IMG/VR virus record: IMGVR_UViG_3300017963_000011
Location: 32,001 to 96,000 of that record
DNA: 64,000 nt
Strand: one strand, 5' to 3'
Source of the DNA: a virus
The position numbers and the translations under genes are program-made. Numbering within the stretch: position 1 is the first letter of the stretch; every line of letters begins with the position of its first letter. Shown here piece after piece: positions 58,351 to 64,000 of the stretch. A model generated the notes under the pieces. The model was not told the origin of the DNA and ran no database searches. It saw only the letters and a program-made list of their open reading frames with translations.

Positions 58351-61300
58351 TTAGAAGTCGATGTAATCGAGAATCTTCTTGAGCAGATTGATAGGCGCAA
58401 GGTCATCCCACTTGGTCTTGCGCTTCTCGTTGAGAGACTCGTCGGCGTTGCTGTAGAATGCCCCCGTTTCGATCCTGTCAATGGCGAAGATCTCTACCCC
58501 GCAGTAGCCGTGCCTGCGATTGATTGTGAGCACGTAGGTGTACGGCACCTTCACGCCCCACTGGTCGCGAATCAACTCGCGGAAGACATGGATCTCATCT
58601 GACTCTCCAGCCTGGAGAGTGACCGTGTGCCTGCCCACTTTGTCTCGGTACGTGAGCGTGAGAGCACGGTTGTAGCGCTGGGCTTCCCGCGCCTCGTCCC
58701 ACGTTTCGTGCTTGATCTCGTAGTTGCGCACCGTTCTGATCATTCGATACCCTCTCCGTCACCGATGAATTCGGCGCTCTTGCCTTCCTCGAAGGTGTTC
58801 TGGATGTCGTCCCAGTTGTCGTACCCACAGCCCTCACAGGCGAAGGTATCCTCTCCAGGTTCCCCCACCTTGAAGTCTCTTCCGCAGTTGTAGCACGTGA
58901 AGCGGCCGTCCCAGTTTCCACGCTTGAGCATGCAGTACAGGCGCTGGAACTGTGTTGAGATGTTGAAGCTCGACGCTCCCCACGGGTCATGCTTGTCGCC
59001 TGACACATCAGGAAGCTCCGGCCAGCCCAGGCCAAGGGCTTGCTTGATCTCGACATAGCCGGCGGCCATGCTGAGAGCTTGCGAGATACGTGCGATGATC
59101 TTGTCACGGAGTTCGTTGCTGATCTGGCGGTATAGCTTGCCCTTCATTTTGCACCAGAAGAATTGCGGGATACCGCCTTCGTTCAAGTCGTGCTCGATGA
59201 TGAGCGCCTTGCCATCCTCACGTGGCTCGAAACCGATGCTTCCACACTGATACTGTACCAGTTTCACGCGGTCCTCCTTGCACTTGCGTAGTGATTGCAC
59301 TTGTTCGTGCGCATTGCCTCGTTGAACTCGTCCTTCGTCACGTAGCGATTGTCACAAGCGGCCTCATCCTTTGGACAGGTGGGCGTACACTTGCATCCCT
59401 TGTAGAAGAAGAGACATCCCGAGCACAGGTCGCCGATGTGATCCTCTTCTGTCTCGCCGTACCACGGCATCCTCTTAGGCTTTCGCATTGCCCTCCTTAG
59501 TCTCGGCGCCGAGACTGGGCTCGATGAGCCCGAGCCTCGTGTTCACCTCGTTACGCAGGCGTTTGTACTCGACGAGCATCTTGTCCCACACGGCTTGCAT
59601 GCCATGCTTGACGTAGGTGCAAGCGAGCGAGATACCATCCCCGCTGGAGCTATCCGTGCGTGCCGGTCGTCCGTTGATGAGCCAACAGCCCGGCCTCCCG
59701 TTCTTTTCGTCATACGCATGCCAGGAGACGCACCTGCCTCGCACCGCTTTCTGGCACCCCGTTTTGACGATGGAGCCGTTTTCCTCGATCCGTTCTACGA
59801 TGCCCGTATATAGATCGAAACGCACCGCAGCATACATGTTGTCCGTCACTACGAAGATGTAATCGCGCTCGAAAACATCACCAGGTACGTAGCCTTCGCC
59901 GTTGTTTCTCCCGCTCACATAGAGCTTGAACTCGATCTCAGGCATGTCATTCTCCAATCAATGCGTAGAGTTCCCCCACGGCTTTTGCCATGAGACTACG
60001 TAGTTTCCGTCCGATTCGAGACGACTCTTCAACGCTGATACCAGTGGGCTGCACCACTCCCGAACCTACTGTGCGAGGGATATGCAGTCCACCGCCCTGG
60101 CGCCAGATCGCATGCGCCTGTCCGAAGGCGACCAGCGCATGCTCTAGTTCATCCCGCCCGATACGCGCCAGGCATTTGGCGATAGCGCTCTCCATAGAGC
60201 GCACGAGCTTGTCTTCGTCCAGGCAGTAGTAGACCTTGCGCTGGAATGCGAGATCCGCGTCATGCGCTTTCGGTTGCGTCATGATCTTGAGCACGAGTCC
60301 GTTGAACTCATTGATGACCGACATCTCACTCCCATTCATTCTCGGCGCCGAGAATGGGCTCGATCTCTTGCCAAGCCCATCCCATGCGCTTCCAGAAATT
60401 GTCGAGCACAGGGCTGGAGATGTGCAGCCACCACATGATCCCGAGCGTAATCCCGAGATTGATCTGTGCGCTTTTCACGTTGTCCTCGTCGAGAGCCGCA
60501 GTGACTTTCTTGAGAGTCTCTCGCATGCGCAAGGCCAGTTCGCGCGGGGTCTGTGTACGGAAGAAGTCATCGTAGATGACCTTCATGCGGAGCCGAGCCA
60601 CGCATGGATGCTTCTCGATGATCTTGTCGACGAGCCTCTGAAGTTCCATCATCCTGTCACGCTTCACACCATCCCCCTCGCGTGGAGTTCGTCTTGCAGG
60701 CGGATCTTGAGCTTGGCCAGCTTCTGAAACTGCGTGACGAGATCGCCGCAATACGCCTTCTGCACGATCTTGTTGTCCTGCGCCGTCTTGAATGAGTCTA
60801 CGGCTGCCTTGATCCGAACCCATGCGCTTCGCAGGCAGCCGATGCGCCTGTCCTTGTGCATGCAGTCGACGAAGTTCTGGACTGCGAGCGAGGCATCGGC
60901 TACGCTCTCCTTCAGATGGTTGACGAGCCCTAGCCCTACCTTCTCCGCAGGATTGATCCCAGACATAGTTGCCTCCATTCTCGGTGCCGAGATTACTTGC
61001 TCATCAGCGTGCGCCACACGCTGCCTTCACCCTTGAGAACGACCCGACTCGTGGGCTCACCGTTGACGAGATCCACGACGAGCATGAGAGCCGTGACCCA
61101 TGCTTGCTTGGCGAGTTCTCTGTACTTGGCGAGCGCTCTCCCGTAGTTCGTAAACGGCTCTGGCTTAGTCTTGCCGAATTGCGGGTTCACGATGACGAAG
61201 TACATTCGGGCTCCTCTCATTCTCGGCGCCGAGATTGATCGGCACCGAATTCGTACTTGGCTTCTCAGGGGCGATGTGCATGCCCCTCTACCCTATAGGG

Positions 61301-61815
61301 CCGAGAATGGCAAGGTTGTACGCAAAAAAAAAAGCCAGCCCGAAGGCTGGCGTGGAGAGTTCAACGCGATTGGAGCATTGTCGTTGTGGGGCGTGCCCCT
61401 ACCCCGGACGCATCTCAATCACCTCCCGATCAAGGGAACACATTGTTCAACCTATAGTGCCGAGAATGGCAACGTGGTAGCGCTACGCTCTGGGATCTCC
61501 GATGTAGGTGCCATCGGCTCTGAAGTCGCCGCCCTTGTGGCCAACGATCCGAGCCATCTTTCCCTCGCCAGCGTACCATAGATCACCGAGCCAGTCACAG
61601 ATGTTGCACGCGGCCCAATAAGCAAACTTCTCGCCATTGCCGCAACCAAAGTCTTCGTACTTAGGCCACGCCTGATTGGGGAAGCGTACCTCGATCCGGC
61701 GCATGCGCTTGTAGAGCGGGCAGGCTTTGCCACCGTGTCTGTCTTCGAGGAAGCAATGCCAGGCAATGAAGAGGTCCATTCGAGTGAAGGTGCCATCCCA
61801 ATGACCCTTGAACAT
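58351..61815 (-). other. Series of short hypothetical genes (58351-58743, 58740-59300, 59264-59488, 59475-59957, 59947-60324, 60326-60667, 60664-60966, 60993-61205, 61483-61815)
   Basis: Tightly packed - strand ORFs punctuated by palindrome A. Confidence 0.6.
61324..61351 (-). terminator. Intrinsic terminator
   Basis: GCCAGCC-TTCG-GGCTGGC-T10. Confidence 0.9.
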
Positions 61816-61997
61816 TCAGCCTCCATTCTCGGCGCCGAGAATGAGCGCCGATCCGATCCGATGCGATTCGCAAATGCTCTCACCCTATAGGGCCGAGAAT
61901 GGCAACGTTGATCCGGCGCGATTGATCCCATGCGATTCGCTCATGATCCGACGCGATTCGCCTTGATCCGACGCATGATCCCATGCGATTCGCGTAT

Positions 61998-62029
61998 AAA
62001 AAAAAAAGCCCCGCACATTGTGCGGGGCT
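61998..62029 (-). terminator. Intrinsic terminator
   Basis: GCCCCGCAC-AAT-GTGCGGGGC-T10. Confidence 0.9.
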
Positions 62030-63221
62030 CGTCTCCGTCGCCTCTTGCGGCCGATAGAATGTTGGGTATATGTTGTGTCAATGATCGGGATGCATGACTA
62101 CCTCCAGAGTAAGAGCGCGCCCCCCTGTTTTATTAGACGGCGGGGGGCTAGTTAGTACCGTCATCCTCTTGATCGTTGGATGTACGCCGGGCGGCTCAAC
62201 TGCTCACGAGTTATGCCTTGCAATTATCACGACTTGTGCCGTGTGCGTGGGGCCTCGGTCACAGGAGCCTTGTGCCCGTAAAACGAAACCCGGCTAGGGA
62301 GGATGGGAAGTGTCGTAGTTGTTACGGAGCACTGATCCTCATTCCATTCTCGGCGCCGAGAATGCCGGTCACTCTCGGCCGCCCTTCGGCTTTGGGCTTG
62401 CTGCCCGTCACCCTATAGTGCCGAGAATGGCAAGCCTCTGCCGGGACGCGTTTCTACATCTATTATATAGCATGTTTCCAGGTCGTATTCCACTACCCTC
62501 TCGCGCGCGTGCGCACGCACCACTACCCTCTCGCATGTGTGTTCTCGTTTTCACCACCTTACCCGTCACCACCCTCTCATGCGCGTTATCACCACCTTAC
62601 CCCCCACCACCTTATCGACGCGTATCACCCCCGTGCGTCATGGTTGACGCCTCGACGGGTCTACGCGCGGGCGGGCGCGGGTTGACGGGTCTACGCGGGC
62701 GGGCGCGCGTATAGTATATATAGACACGAGAGACGCGCGCGGGCGCCCGCGCCCGCGAAGAAAGGAATCGCACGCGCGCATGCGGGCGCGCGTCCTATAG
62801 ACGGGCGGGCGCGTCTATCGGGCCGGCTCGCTTCCTTTTCTTCGGGCGTGCGGGCGGGCGCATGCGTGCGCGCGTCCTATAGACGGCGCGCGAATCCATT
62901 GAATCAGCGGGCGCCGCCCATGCTACGTCTCATGGCGTAGCGCTACCACGGGCGGGCGCCGGCCGCCGGCTCGGGCCGGCGGCCCGAGCGGCCCGCAAGG
63001 CGGCGCCAGATTCGCCACGAGAGCGCCGGAATCGGCCCGAATTGGGCCGCAAGCCAGCCGGCCCGAGTATCGGCCCGGCTCGGCCCCTTGCGGCCGTTAG
63101 ACGGCGAATCTGCTAGACGCTACGCACGCGCCCGCGTCTATATAGTACATGACGCACGGGCACGGGCGCGCGAAGAAAAGGAAAGGGCCGGCCCTTTCAA
63201 TGCGTAGACGGGCGCGCGTAT

Positions 63222-63251
63222 AAAGAAAGCCGCCGGGCACGGCCCGGCGGC
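63222..63251 (-). terminator. Intrinsic terminator
   Basis: GCCGCCGGGC-CGT-GCCCGGCGGC-TTTCTTT. Confidence 0.7.
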
Positions 63252-63266
63252 GCTGGCGCTCGGCTG

Positions 63267-63446
63267 TCAGCCGAGCCATGCGAGCATACGCACGAGAGCG
63301 AGCCCGCCGGCCGTGCCGATCGCCATGGCGAAGGCGGCCCCTAGCAGAATCACGCGCGCCCGCATTCGACGGGCGGCGCGCTCGGCTCGTATGTCTTCGA
63401 TACGAGACGGAATCACTCGAAATGAAACGCACATGGCTTGTCTCAT
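63267..63446 (-). CDS. 59-aa basic peptide with C-terminal TM helix (not in ORF track)
   Basis: MRQAMCVSFRVIPSRIEDIRAERAARRMRARVILLGAAFAMAIGTAGGLALVRMLAWLG; ATGA overlap with the 63443-63625 ORF. Confidence 0.45.
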   Translation of the reverse strand: MRQAMCVSFRVIPSRIEDIRAERAARRMRARVILLGAAFAMAIGTAGGLALVRMLAWLG

Positions 63447-63742
63447 GGCGTCTCGATTCCAGCCACGCTATATACGTCTTCGATAACGTAATACGTGGCG
63501 CCGCGCCGCCCGATATAGACAACGCGGCCCGGCTTGAAAAACGAGCCGCCCGAGCAAGACGCTTGCACGTCTTCGAAGCGGCCCATGTGTACTGTCGCCG
63601 TCTCGCCGTCTCGTGCGCGTATCACGCCGATTCGGTTATCAAGCTCGTATACATGGAATTCGGCGCCCGTACCACGGGCGGCCGGCGCTACGGTCGCCGA
63701 GCCCGGCGCAATGCCGAGCCCGGCGCCGTTTGCCGCGCCGTT

Positions 63743-63907
63743 TCATCCTACAAGCGAGACGAGCACGAGCACGAGCATGACGAGCCCGAGCACGGCCGAG
63801 CCGGCCCGCTTCGCCAGCCGCAAGCGGCGGGCGTCTCGCTCGGCGAGAATGGCGCGGGCGGCGCGCCGCGTTTCCTTGCGAATCTTCTTCGCCACGATAC
63901 CTCGCAT
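63743..63907 (-). CDS. 54-aa basic peptide with C-terminal TM helix (not in ORF track)
   Basis: MRGIVAKKIRKETRRAARAILAERDARRLRLAKRAGSAVLGLVMLVLVLVSLVG; SD AAGGGG downstream of the motif B variant. Confidence 0.5.
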   Translation of the reverse strand: MRGIVAKKIRKETRRAARAILAERDARRLRLAKRAGSAVLGLVMLVLVLVSLVG

Positions 63908-64000
63908 GTGTGTTCCCCTTTCGGGAGTCTCGGCCGGCCGCTCGGCTCGGCGGCTCGGGCCGTCTAACCTATGTCGCCGAGAATGGCAAGCAAGGGCCGT

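Larger units (their letters stand above)
30358..62363. repeat. Palindrome A: ADTCTCGGCGCCGAGAHT, 17 copies
   Basis: 14-bp core starts at 38050, 44401, 47937, 50763, 53386, 54391, 56213, 57170, 57644, 58337, 59501, 60340, 61221, 61827, 62348; single-mismatch copies at 30360 and 60979. Confidence 0.95.
3059..62946. repeat. Palindrome C: (TG)GTAGCGCTAC(CA), 18 dispersed copies
   Basis: 10-mer at 3059, 8791, 12130, 17717, 20584, 23617, 25879, 30377, 35954, 39133, 41861, 43389, 44554, 48918, 51866, 55357, 61477, 62937. Confidence 0.9.
53929..63989 (-). promoter_or_regulatory. Motif B: TTGCCATTCTCGGC(C/A)CTATAGG(G/T), putative phage promoter, 7 copies
   Basis: Copies at 57691, 61291, 61450, 61883, 62411; variants at 53929 and 63967; all in the same orientation, upstream of - strand units. 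Confidence 0.75.

Noticed and set aside
44399-62363. Palindrome A as a CRISPR array
   Set aside because: The repeat is only 14-18 bp, the intervals are 0.2-3.5 kb of intact genes, and no cas genes are present.
44399-62363. Palindrome A as integron attC sites
   Set aside because: No GTTRRRY/RYYYAAC boxes, too short, and no integrase in the window; only the cassette-like layout is similar.
63278-63967. 229-aa + strand ORF
   Set aside because: Arg-rich GC-driven frame; the promoter, SD and terminator signals support short - strand ORFs instead.
1-64000. Alternative genetic code or integrated prophage boundary
   Set aside because: Standard-code ORFs pack densely and use all three stops; no host housekeeping genes, integrase or att site are evident.

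Overview
This window is a 64-kb segment of a large tailed dsDNA phage genome; no capsid, large terminase or integrase gene is visible. 1-22.9 kb (+ strand): tail tip and virion appendage genes starting inside the tape measure gene, ending in a lysis-like cassette (receiver-domain membrane protein, M15 peptidase endolysin, holin-like protein). 23-43.4 kb (- strand): replication and recombination genes (primase, HU-like protein, split SbcC plus SbcD, resolvase, DnaB, HIRAN, RecA, gp32-like SSB, family B polymerase, sigma-like factor, SNF2 helicase). It contains a block at about 37.3-39.1 kb with one canonical tRNA-Thr, several non-canonical tRNA-like or structured RNAs, an Acb2/Tad1-like protein and a HicB-like protein. 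43.6-64 kb: mostly short - strand hypothetical genes, a Ycf46-type AAA module, RadC and a methyltransferase, then a GC-rich repeat-laden end. The most striking unexplained signal is three repeated motifs. (A) An 18-bp palindrome, ADTCTCGGCGCCGAGAHT, in 17 copies, typically between a stop codon and the next ribosome-binding site. (B) A one-directional 23-bp promoter-like motif in 7 copies, made of one half-site of A followed by a T7-like CTATAGGG. (C) A second palindrome, (TG)GTAGCGCTAC(CA), in 18 copies spread roughly every 1-6 kb across the whole window, including inside genes. All counts were made by eye and all family calls come from motif recognition, not database searches.
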